A DNA stretch of 64,000 nucleotides from Vicinamibacterales bacterium (lineage in GTDB: Bacteria; Acidobacteriota; Vicinamibacteria; Vicinamibacterales; JAMQPK01): the NCBI GenBank assembly GCA_963730445.1, contig CAVSRX010000004.1:73539-137538 (forward strand). The letters run 5' to 3'. Made by a program: the position numbers and the translations under genes. Below, in pieces: positions 54,874 through 64,000 of this stretch. The notes beneath the pieces were generated by a model that searched no databases, was not told the origin of the DNA, and saw only the letters and a list, made by a program, of their open reading frames with translations. How positions within the stretch are numbered: position 1 is the stretch's first letter; each line of letters starts with the position of its first letter.

Positions 54874-56040
54874 ATGTCGCGAATGATGCACGACGTGGTC
54901 ATCATCGGCGGCGGGCCTGCGGGCCTGTTTGCCGGCGCCCGCCTTGCTGCTGCGGGATTTCAGACCGCCCTTCTCGAGGAACATGCGAGCGTCGGCGAGC
55001 CGGTCCACTGCACGGGCGTGCTCGCAGCCGACGCGTTCGACGAGTTCAACCTGTCGCGTCGATCGGTGCTGAATCAGCTGACCACCGCCCGATTCACGTC
55101 TCCCGCGGGCCACGAAGTCATCTATGCCGGCGATCGCGTCGAGGCCGTCGTGATCGATCGCCGCGAGTTCGATCAGGATCTGCTCGACCGCGCGATCTTG
55201 GCAGGGGTGGCCATTGAGCGCGGCGCGCGCGTCACGGGCGTACAGGTCGACGCGAGCAGCGTGACCATCACCACTCCGTCGAGCGAGTATCGCGCGCGTG
55301 CGTGCATCCTGGCGTGTGGCGCCAATTATTCGCTGCACCGGCAGGTCGGGTTCGGTATGCCGCGGCTGTTCCTCCACACGGCGCAGCTCGAGCTTGCGGC
55401 GAGCCGCCTCGGCGACGTCGAGCTTCATTTCGGCGCCGAGATTGCGCCCAAGGGATTCGGGTGGGTGGTCCCGGTCGTGAGACCGAGTGAGAAGTGTGCG
55501 CGGATGGGCGTCATGTGCGACGGCGATGCGCCGCGGTATTTTCAGCGCCTGGCCGCCCGCGTCGTGTCGCGATGGGGCATCGCCGGCGATCTCGCCCGCC
55601 CGCGCCAGAAGATTCTTCCGCTCGCGCCCATTTCGCGCACGTACGGCGATCGGCTGCTCGCCATTGGCGACGCGGCTGGTCTAGTGAAGCCGACGACCGG
55701 CGGTGGCATTTATTACAGTCTGGTCTCGGCTGCGCTGGCGGCCGAGACGCTTGCCGATGCGGTGTCGCGGAACGATCTCAGCGCGCGGCGCCTGTCCGTG
55801 TACGAACAGCAATGGCGCGAGCGGCTGTCAGCGGAATTTCAAGCGCAGACCAGGCTGCGCCTGCTCGCACATCGCATGAGTGACTCCGACATCGAACAGC
55901 TCTTCGACCTCGCGCGCACCGACGGCGTCATGCCCATCGTGCGGCGCACGGCGTCCTTCAATCGTCACCGCAAGTTGATCCTCGCCTTGTTGAAACACCC
56001 GCCCGTGCGCCAATTAGTTCTTCGGCGCCTCGCGTTTTAG
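54874..56040 (+). CDS. Geranylgeranyl reductase-family FAD oxidoreductase
   Basis: DVVIIGGGPAG, HCTG, DRREFD, GFGWVVP, IGDAAGLVKPTTGGGI. Confidence 0.87.
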   Translation: MSRMMHDVVIIGGGPAGLFAGARLAAAGFQTALLEEHASVGEPVHCTGVLAADAFDEFNLSRRSVLNQLTTARFTSPAGHEVIYAGDRVEAVVIDRREFDQDLLDRAILAGVAIERGARVTGVQVDASSVTITTPSSEYRARACILACGANYSLHRQVGFGMPRLFLHTAQLELAASRLGDVELHFGAEIAPKGFGWVVPVVRPSEKCARMGVMCDGDAPRYFQRLAARVVSRWGIAGDLARPRQKILPLAPISRTYGDRLLAIGDAAGLVKPTTGGGIYYSLVSAALAAETLADAVSRNDLSARRLSVYEQQWRERLSAEFQAQTRLRLLAHRMSDSDIEQLFDLARTDGVMPIVRRTASFNRHRKLILALLKHPPVRQLVLRRLAF

Positions 56041-56063
56041 CCACCAACCACTAACCACCAACC
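56041..56063. repeat. Three tandem heptamers between convergent genes
   Basis: CCACCAA CCACTAA CCACCAA. Confidence 0.65.
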
Positions 56064-56780
56064 TAGTCGGCGTGAGGCGGTATAGGCCGAGATGCCCGCG
56101 GATTCATCGGCAGCACGTGGCTCTCCGGTTCCTTCTTTTTGAACCAGTCGGCGAGTCGCATGATGACGCCGCGCTTTTCGGGCAGAATATCCTGCAGTTG
56201 AAGGAGCACCTCGATAGCTTCCTCGAGACGATGGACGACACCGACGCCGCGCTCGGTGGCCTGCTGTTCGAGCGCCGTGTCGCCGATCTGAAGCAGAAGA
56301 ATCGCCTTCGTCTGTGAGGCGCCGACCACCTCGAGACAATTCAGAAACTGATCGTCGATGACGACATCGAGGCGCAGGGCATTGGCAATCTCGCCGCGCG
56401 AGCCCGGAACGGTCACGACCGCCGGCATGTAGAAGCCGTAGGCCTCGAGCCACGCCTGGCTCTGGAACTGCACCGAGTCTCCGGCTGTGGGAATGCGCGA
56501 GGTGAGAAACGACACCTCCCACCGATAGCGTCGTGCGAGCTGGTAGAGACGCGCGATCTGCGCGGGCTCGTACGGCGCGAGCCCCAGCCACCAGTTCGGT
56601 GTCTCGGTGATCACGCGCCAGACGCGCTTCGCGTCGGCGGCAGACACGGCGTCGAAATCCGGCATTGGCGCCGAAGGACGGCTGAATGGCGTCCTTTCCC
56701 AGCAGCTTGGCGGCCGCGTCGAGAAATGCCGTTCGAAAATCCGCAACCACGCCATCGAGATCGAAACCGATTCGAAGCAT
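56063..56780 (-). CDS. HAD-superfamily hydrolase (NT5C-like), frameshift near 56690
   Basis: MLRIGFDLDGVVADF motif I, FLTSR motif II, VIDD motif IV. Confidence 0.8.
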
Positions 56781-58170
56781 TATTGGTTGCGCATCCCTCG
56801 CGGCTCTGCGGAGCCGCACGTGGCGATACCCGCAAGCATGGCGAACAGCAGCGCGTTAGCCGGCATCGTCAACCCGGTTTCCCAGATGCTCTGCACCATG
56901 ACGCCCGCCATGCCCGCGCATGCGCCGGCCCTGATGAGATAGTTCGATGACAAATCCTGTTTGAGGCTGCGACCAGCCAGCACGAGGAAGAGCCCCGCTG
57001 CGAGCGCCGCCGGCAGCAGAAGCCACGCGCCTCCTTCAGCCATCAATTGCAGGTAGTGGTTGTGAGCTTGGTCGATAGCATAGCCGGGTTCCGCCGTCTG
57101 GTAAACGTTGATGGCCTTGCCAAATGTGCCGGCGCCGGTGCCGGTCACGGGAAAATCCTCGATCGAGCCTGGACGGCGTCGCCCCAGATGGCCACGCGTC
57201 CGCGTCCTTCCTGCGCGCGCGTGATCGATTCATCGACCCGCCGCAGCAGCATGTCGTAGTTGGCGAACCACAGCACGACCAGCGCGAGCAGCGCGAACTG
57301 GAAGATCACCCAGCGTCGCACTGCCAGCGTCGCCGCGCCGCCGTGTCAGCACCGTGCTGAGCAGCGAAGGCGCTCATCAACCCGATCAGCCCCGATCGCG
57401 AGGCCGAGAGCATGACGGCCAGCGTCATGACGCACACAGCGACCACGAGCCAGATGCGTATCGTTCCCAGCTGCTTCAGCGCATTCGCGACCCGTTGCGA
57501 AAAATGATGCGGAGATTCTTTGCGCGGCGCCCGGGCCAGCAGATAGCCGAAGGCGAGCGGGCACGCCATGATGATCCACGTCGCCATGTGATTGCGGTTG
57601 ACGAACGGGCCGTACGGGCCGCGCGCCGGTATCGAGCGGGCGCCACACGCCGTACAACATATCGATTCGCTGCGCGCGCTGGACGATGGCGGCGACCGAT
57701 GCGATGAGGCCGATGAACGCGATGACGCGCACGATGCGTCCGGTGCCTCCTTCTTCGCACACCTGCCGGCACATCCAGAACATGAGGATCGCGGACAGCG
57801 AAGATGCCAACCGCTGCGAGCGTGTCGATCGGCGCGATGCTGATCGGAATCCAGGGGAGATTGGATGGCGGTCACGAGCGGCGGCAGCCACAGCGCGGTC
57901 CTCACCGCAATCGCCTGCGGATCGAACACCCGGATCAGCGCGGCCGGCATCGGCACGAGCTGAACAAGGCACGCGACCACGACGGCTATCAACGTGAGGT
58001 CGAGTGACGCGGAAACGCTTGTCGCGGACGACGTCGGGCCGCAAGGCGAGCGCCAGCCCGAGGAGCAGGCTCGCCGCGGGCACCCAGACCCATGGGTAGA
58101 CACCTCCGGCGAGGAACGTGGCCCACGCGAGCACCACCGCCAACCACGTCGCGGCTGGAGGGTAGGACGC
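56780..58170 (-). CDS. O-antigen ligase family membrane protein, several frameshifts; start uncertain
   Basis: GGVYPW, GPFVNRNH, SASRSG, GTGAGTF, AHNHYLQLMAEGG. Confidence 0.82.
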
Positions 58171-58171
58171 G

Positions 58172-60433
58172 CTACGCCGCGTTCGATCGGACGTAGTAGT
58201 TCTTGTACTTGTAGCCGTAGTAGCGCGAGTAATAGTACTTGTTGCGGACGATGTCAACCCGGTTGAGCACCGCGCCGAGCATGTGCGGGCGGCTCGTCAT
58301 GCAGCGTTTCAACCGCGCGCTCCGCAAGCCTGCGCTGCGTCATCTCGGAGCCGATGATGAACACCACGCCCGACACCCAGGGCGCGATGATCACGGCGTC
58401 GGTGACGGCGAGCACGGGCGGCGTGTCGATGAGGACCCAGTCGAACGGACCGCTCTGCACGTTGCTGATGAGCGTCTTCATGCGGTCCGACGCGAGAAGC
58501 TCGGATGGGTTCGGCGGCGTCATGCCCGCGGTCATCACCCACAGGTTCTGCACGCTCGTCCGCCGGATGGTCTGACGCGCGGTCGCCTGACCGGTCAGCA
58601 GGTGCGACAGGCCGATCGTGTTCTCGATGCCCAGCGTGCGCGACACGCTCGGCCGGCGCATGTCGGCGTCGATGAGCAGCACGCGCGAGCCGCCGTACGC
58701 CAGCGCGATCGCCATGTTGCACGCCGTCGTCGTCTTGCCTTCGAGCGGCTGCGCGCTGGTGAGCGCAATGACGCGCGTGCCTTCGCTGCCGCTGCTGAAC
58801 ACGAGCGACGTGCGGAGGGCGCGGAACGCTTCGCCGAATTCGTGCGGCACTTCCTGCGACAGCAGCGGGTGATTGTTGCCCTTCACCGCGGGCACGAGAC
58901 CCAGGAAGGGCAGCTTCAGGCGGCGCGTGATGTCTTCAGGCGTCTTCACCGTATCGTCGAGGTAGTCGATCGCCAGCACCAGCCCGAGCGCCAGCAGGAT
59001 GCCCGCGAGCGCGCCCAGCATGAAGTTGCGGCGGATGTCTGGTGTAAACGGAGAGCCCGGCACGACCGCGCGGTCCATCAGGCGCACGTTGTTGCCGCCG
59101 CTGTTGCTGACAATCTGCAGCTCGTTCTGCCGCTGGATCAGCGAGTCGTAAATCTGCCGGTTGCTCTGCGCTTCGCGCTCGAGCACGGTATAGCCCACGC
59201 TCTTGCGGCTGAGATCCATCGCCGCGCCTTCAGACTGCTTGAGGGCTTCGCCGAGGCGCCGTTCTGTCGCCAGCGCTCCCTCGTATTCGTTTCGGATCTG
59301 CTGCACCGCCGCGACGCAGCGCCGCCTGATACTGCTTGTTCGTGTCGGCGATCGCGTTCTCGTTTTCGATGACCTGCGGGTGCTTCGGAAGGTAGCGCTC
59401 GTTGAGCTGCACTTTCTGGCGCTGCAGCTCGGCCATCCGCGTGCGGAGGGTCGTGACCGTGGCGTTCGAATTCACCGCAGGCGCATCGGCCAGCTGTGCC
59501 GGCGACAGCGACCTGATCTGGTTGTACATCGCTTCTTTCTGGATGCGCTCGGTGCGCGTCCGCGTGTACTGGTCGTTCACCTGCGTGAGGTTGGCGACCA
59601 CCGTGTTCTGCCGGTCTTCGAGCGACAGCGCGTTGTTCGTTTCGCGATACTCCGCCATCGCGCGCTCGCTGGCTTCGACCTTCGCCTGCTGTTTCTTGAT
59701 TTCGTCGGCGAGGAACTGCAGGCTCTTGGCGGTTGCCTCGGTGCGCCGCTCGAAGTTCTGCTTGACGTACTCTTCGACGAGCACGTCGGCGGCTTTGGCC
59801 GCAAACACGGGATCGGCCGACTGCACCGATACGTTGTAGAGCCGGCTGCCGCGCACGGGATCGATTGAGACCGCGCCGAGGAAATTGTTGACGAGCGCGT
59901 CGGCGTCTCTGGTGGCGCGCGCCGATGGCAGCATCGGAGGTGTGCCGCCGGTGGCCCGCGCCATCGCGCCCTGCGCCTGCCGCTTCATCGTGTCGAGCAC
60001 CGAGGCCAGGCCGGTCCGTTGCGGGCCCTGGCCGTTGAACTCGGGTACGGCGGCGAGGTTGAGCCGCGCCACTACCTTCGTCGCGAGCTCGCGGCCGTTC
60101 AGAATGCGAATCTGCGTCTGGTAGTACGGTTCGGGGTCGGAAATGTATTCGTTGTTCGTCGCAGTGTTGAATCCGGCGACCGATGCCGACGCGTTCGTCC
60201 TCGATGAGCACGCTCGTGGTCGCGCGGTACATCGGCGTCGTCGTGAAGGTGCGCACCGCCACGGCAAGCAGGACGAGGAGAAATACGGTGACGACAACGT
60301 AGCGATATTTGTAGATGGCGTTGACGCGATCGAGGATGTGCGTATCCGAATCGGTAGGAAACAGACCTTTACCGACGGCACGTTGCGGCGCCTTTGCCGT
60401 TGCGGGAGCTGCTGGTCTCTCGTTCTGGGCCAT
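58172..60433 (-). CDS. wzc: Polysaccharide co-polymerase / BY-kinase (Wzc), frameshifts near 60190, 59315 and 58300
   Basis: Wzz-like N-terminus, YLPKHP, EAFRALRTSL, SAQPLEGKTT, IDADMRRP, PPNPSELL, DTPP, Tyr cluster NKYYYSRYYGYKYKNYY. Confidence 0.92.
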
Positions 60434-60498
60434 CGCTATCGTGATTATCTGCTCGTAACTATCGGCAGAGTGTCTCCGGCGCAACAGAGACGCCAGAC

Positions 60499-60541
60499 GA
60501 CATTATATGACAATATATGACAATAAAGACGTTATTGTCAA
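60499..60541 (-). promoter_or_regulatory. sigma70-type promoter of wzc overlapped by direct and inverted repeats
   Basis: Minus strand TTGACA (60541-60536)-18 nt-TATATT (60517-60512); additional TATAAT at 60507-60502; palindrome TGACAATAA-N5-TTATTGTCA. Confidence 0.75.
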
Positions 60542-60581
60542 CCTAAGGACCATGCTCCACGGCAAAGACCCGAAATTTGGG

Positions 60582-61118
60582 CTATCGCGATGGGCTGAGC
60601 TTGGGGAGCGCCGGGTCCACGACCGTGAGCCCCATGCCGGTCGCCGCGGACAGGACCGAACTGGCGGTGTCGCCGAACACGCCGGCAAGCGCCGGCAGGC
60701 GGGAAGGGAGCGTCACGATGGCGCCCGCCACTTCGCCCGCGTTGGCCATAATCACATCGCTGACGGCGACGACGCGGCCGGCTTGATCGGCGATTTCCAC
60801 CACGTACGGGACGTCGGGCCGAGCCACGAAACTGAACTCGCCACGAGCGTTCGCGGTGACCACTTGCTCGATCTGGTTGGTCTCGAGATTTCGCAGGCGA
60901 ATGGTGGCGTTCGGCAGCGGCGCTTGATCGCTGTCGATGGCCACGCCGTTGATAAGGCTTCGAATCTCTTTGGCGGCGCGCTTGGCCTCGACTTTGGCAG
61001 ACTGGCGCGCCACTTTGGCGGCGGTGCCCGGACGGACGGCCTGCTGCGCCGACACGATCGAGGTCGACAGCACCACGCCCGCGAGCGCCACTTTCAGCCG
61101 TAGATGCATCGGAGCCAT
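60582..61118 (-). CDS. Exported protein with carboxypeptidase-regulatory-like beta-sandwich domain
   Basis: Signal peptide; INGVAIDSDQAPLPNATIRLRN, GEFSF. Confidence 0.72.
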   Translation of the reverse strand: MAPMHLRLKVALAGVVLSTSIVSAQQAVRPGTAAKVARQSAKVEAKRAAKEIRSLINGVAIDSDQAPLPNATIRLRNLETNQIEQVVTANARGEFSFVARPDVPYVVEIADQAGRVVAVSDVIMANAGEVAGAIVTLPSRLPALAGVFGDTASSVLSAATGMGLTVVDPALPKLSPSR

Positions 61119-61189
61119 ATTACTCTCTCTCAGCTGTTCCATTCCATGCCACGGCATGGCGGAATCGTAATGCGATAAGCTGCAAACCC

Positions 61190-62128
61190 ATGGAGAATCA
61201 ACGAATTCGCGTGTTCGCACCTGCCACCGTTGCCAATATTGGGCCAGGTTTCGATGTGCTCGGTTTGGCACTGAGCAGCCCGGGCGATCTGCTCGATGCC
61301 GAGCTTACAGACACCCCCGGCGTGGAGATGGTCGAGATTACGGGAGACGGCGGGCGGTTGAGCCGTGACGCGATGAAAAATGTGGCCAGCCGCGCCGCCG
61401 CCGATGTGCTCCGGCGCGCGGGCAGCGCGAAGGGGCTGCGCTTGTGGTTGCACAAACAGATGCCGCTCGCGAGCGGGCTCGGAAGCTCGGGCGCCAGCAG
61501 TGCCGCGGGCGCGGTCGCCGCGAATGAAATCCTCGGGCGTCCGCTGTCGCCGCGCGACGTCGTGTTGAGCGCGATGGAAGGGGAGTGCGCCGCGTCGGGA
61601 ACGCCCCACGCAGACAACGTGGCGCCGAGCGTAATGGGCGGATTCGTCCTCGTGCGCAGCTACGACCCGTTCGAGATCGTTCAGCTTCCGGTACCGGACG
61701 GCCTACGCGTCGCCGTCGTCCATCCACACTGCCAGGTGTCGACCGCCGAGGCGCGGCGGCTCGTCAAGGAACGCACCTACGGCCTCGACGTAATCGTGCC
61801 CAATATCGGCAGCGTCGCGGCGCTCGTCGCGGCACTTTATCGCGGCGATCTTCCGCTGCTTGGCCGCAGTATCGACGATCGCATCATCGAGCCGCTGCGC
61901 GCGACGCTGATACCCGGGTTTGCCGCGGTGAAGAACGCCGCATTCGGCGCGGGCGCGCTCGGCTGCTCGATTGCCGGGTCGGGGCCTTCGGTGTTCGCGT
62001 TCGCGGATGATGACAGCGCAGCGCAACGCATCGGCGCGGCGATGCAGGCGGCATTCAAGTCGGCCGCATCGCTTGACAGCGATCTTTTCTGGGGAAAGGT
62101 GAGCTCTGAAGGCGCGCGCGTGATATGA
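61190..62128 (+). CDS. thrB: Homoserine kinase (GHMP family)
   Basis: APATVANIGPGFDVLG, PLASGLGSSGAS, HADNVAP, IAGSGPS. Confidence 0.93.
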   Translation: MENQRIRVFAPATVANIGPGFDVLGLALSSPGDLLDAELTDTPGVEMVEITGDGGRLSRDAMKNVASRAAADVLRRAGSAKGLRLWLHKQMPLASGLGSSGASSAAGAVAANEILGRPLSPRDVVLSAMEGECAASGTPHADNVAPSVMGGFVLVRSYDPFEIVQLPVPDGLRVAVVHPHCQVSTAEARRLVKERTYGLDVIVPNIGSVAALVAALYRGDLPLLGRSIDDRIIEPLRATLIPGFAAVKNAAFGAGALGCSIAGSGPSVFAFADDDSAAQRIGAAMQAAFKSAASLDSDLFWGKVSSEGARVI

Positions 62129-62901
62129 GCTCGAACCTGCGCTCGCGCGCGTACGATGTTCTGAGGCGCGCCAAAGGCCCATCGCGGTGGCGAGCCGCGT
62201 GCCTGTACTTCGGGGCCGGGTTACTGACGGTCAGTGATTTTCGTCCTTCAAATGTCGCCAGGTGGGAGGCATACGACGACGAAAATCCCGGGCTGGTGAC
62301 GTGGGAAGACCAGGCGTACCGAACCGTGATGCGGTTGTCAGACCGTGTGCTTCTCATCGGCTGCGGCACCGGGCGCGATCTGCTCGCCTTACGACAGCTC
62401 GGGTACGACGTGACAGGACTCGAGCAATCCACTGCGCTCGCCGATCAGGCGCGAGCGACGCTTTCCCACCATGGGCTGCCGACCGAGGTTATTCCCAAGG
62501 CGATTGAGTCGTACACCTCACGCGACGCGTTCGACGTCATCGTCTTCTCGCCCTATACCTATTCCTATATTCTCGGCATGGCATCACGCGTGGCAATTCT
62601 GAAGAGGCTGCGCGAATGCTTGTCACCTCAGGGGAGGGTGATCATCAGCTACCCGGCTTTGATACGGCAGTCCTCACTGTGGATCTTCCTTGCGCGTGTC
62701 AGCAGCGTGTGTGTCGGCAGCGACTGGTGGCCGGAGGCCGGAGATCGTTTGTACGGGCCGCCGTCGCTTCCGAAAGCGCTGGGTTTCGAACATCAGTTTT
62801 CACCTGACGAGCTGGCGCGCGAGTGTGAGATGGCAGGCCTTGATATCGTTCGTGACGAATCGATCAGTTCGTATTTCCGGTTTGCCGTTGTCACCGTCTG
62901 A
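62125..62901 (+). CDS. Class I SAM-dependent methyltransferase
   Basis: VLLIGCGTGRD, FDVIVF, LSPQGRVIIS; ATGA overlap with thrB. Confidence 0.82.
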   Translation: MSSNLRSRAYDVLRRAKGPSRWRAACLYFGAGLLTVSDFRPSNVARWEAYDDENPGLVTWEDQAYRTVMRLSDRVLLIGCGTGRDLLALRQLGYDVTGLEQSTALADQARATLSHHGLPTEVIPKAIESYTSRDAFDVIVFSPYTYSYILGMASRVAILKRLRECLSPQGRVIISYPALIRQSSLWIFLARVSSVCVGSDWWPEAGDRLYGPPSLPKALGFEHQFSPDELARECEMAGLDIVRDESISSYFRFAVVTV

Positions 62902-63835
62902 GAACGGCGGTGTCGGCAATCACCGCGTTGCACACGTCATCCAGGCGCGACAATCTGCGTGGATAGGCGAGCCTGCGCAGGGGCACGTCCCGAACCAGCC
63001 GGGTCGCGGTGTTGAACTGACTTGTCAATCGCGTGCGATCCACGCGAATCAGATTGAATGCCGCCCGCGTGATTTCAAGAAAGGCCTTCTCGCCTTCGAG
63101 CGCCGTGATGCCGATTCGCGCGGCGCGCCGTCCGGGTCTGGGCAGAACGTACAGCGCTCTGAGGGGAATCGGACGACTGCTCGCCTCCGTCCCTCTGAGG
63201 GGTAGGAGGAGCTTCGACGTACCTGCGTTGAGGTGCATCCCGTCGGCGCGCGCGAGTATCTTCCGCGCCGCGGACGGAAACAGCTTCAGGCGGGGAGGTC
63301 CTGCATGCGCAAACCAGCGCCCGTCACGCACCTCCAACGCGAGGATATCGTCGGTGAGAATTGGGAACCCCCGTGCGAGAAACGCGGCCCCGAGTGTCGA
63401 CTTTCCATACCCGCAGTCGCCGAGAAACGCGACCGCTTCACCGTCGATCACCACCGCCGTCGCGTGCAGGGGCTCACTTCCGCGCGACAACAGCGAGAAC
63501 GACAGGACTTGTCCGAGCAGGTACGTCGTGAGCGATTCGTCTGTGGCACCGTCGAGGGCGAGGTATTCGATCGTGCGTGCGTCGGCCGAGATCAGGAATT
63601 CGAAGAGGCCGGACCACTTAAGGTAAGTAGCGCCGCCTCGAAGACGGTGGCATTCGAACCACTGCGGTTTCGAGGGAGGACGAAGCAGCCTGCGCGCGTT
63701 CTCGAACCGGCGCGCCACGCCCGGCCGCAGCCGGACGTCCGTTGGTGCTCCTCTGCTTGCCGTCGGACACGAGAGGGGCATTGCGGCTTCCAAGACGAGA
63801 CCGTAGACACGGTATCGCCTGGCGGTCGCGCTCAC
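62891..63835 (-). CDS. HPr kinase-related P-loop kinase, putative RiPP (lasso peptide) kinase
   Basis: YRVYGL start, LHATAV, GDCGYGKST Walker A, LTDD; GTGA overlap with upstream precursor peptide. Confidence 0.85.
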   Translation of the reverse strand: MSATARRYRVYGLVLEAAMPLSCPTASRGAPTDVRLRPGVARRFENARRLLRPPSKPQWFECHRLRGGATYLKWSGLFEFLISADARTIEYLALDGATDESLTTYLLGQVLSFSLLSRGSEPLHATAVVIDGEAVAFLGDCGYGKSTLGAAFLARGFPILTDDILALEVRDGRWFAHAGPPRLKLFPSAARKILARADGMHLNAGTSKLLLPLRGTEASSRPIPLRALYVLPRPGRRAARIGITALEGEKAFLEITRAAFNLIRVDRTRLTSQFNTATRLVRDVPLRRLAYPRRLSRLDDVCNAVIADTAVLRR

Positions 63836-63993
63836 GCGTTTGCGCCGGTCGTCTTTGTCTTGGGCTTGCCGGTGCCGTCGGCGCTTGCTCCGCCCTTGGC
63901 CGCCGTGAGTTTCCGGAAGTCTCCGTGAACTTTCAGCGCCGGTGCACGGTACGGGCGTTTCACCGAAGCCCGCGGTTCAATTTTGCGCTTCAT
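63832..63993 (-). CDS. Lasso-type RiPP precursor peptide (53 aa; not in the ORF track)
   Basis: Hand translation: MKRKIEPRASVKRPYRAPALKVHGDFRKLTA-AKGGASADGTGKPKTKTTGANA*; leader YxxPxLxxxGxxxxxTx, core Ala1 and Asp8. Confidence 0.88.
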   Translation of the reverse strand: MKRKIEPRASVKRPYRAPALKVHGDFRKLTAAKGGASADGTGKPKTKTTGANA

Positions 63994-64000
63994 GAACACT

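Overview
High-GC bacterial chromosome segment, most likely Acidobacteriota (Vicinamibacteria-like; inferred from the PadR + ADOP permease cassette and short intergenic repeats). Left part (1-26 kb): PadR and two tandem ADOP permeases, secreted/signalling genes (three preceded by sigma54-type motifs), a cytochrome c facing a PQQ dehydrogenase, MATE, PafA-type phosphatase, papain-like protease, SDR, galE, rpmE. Middle (27-35 kb): tRNA-Leu(TAG)-tig-clpP-clpX-lon-engB with interspersed methyltransferases. Right part (35-60 kb): a ~25 kb surface-polysaccharide locus (OM barrel, Wza, Wzm/Wzt, Wzy-like, 10 glycosyltransferases, 3 methyltransferases, priming transferase, GGR-family reductase, convergent Wzc and O-antigen-ligase-like genes). 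The most notable item is at the right edge and is absent from the ORF track: a 53-aa lasso-type RiPP precursor (63832-63993, minus) overlapping the start of an HPr-kinase-like tailoring kinase; its core lacks the C-terminal Ser that characterised lasso kinases modify. The cyclase/RRE/peptidase genes are not in the window. Over 20 genes carry single-base frameshifts, most plausibly long-read consensus errors; frameshift positions given are approximate.
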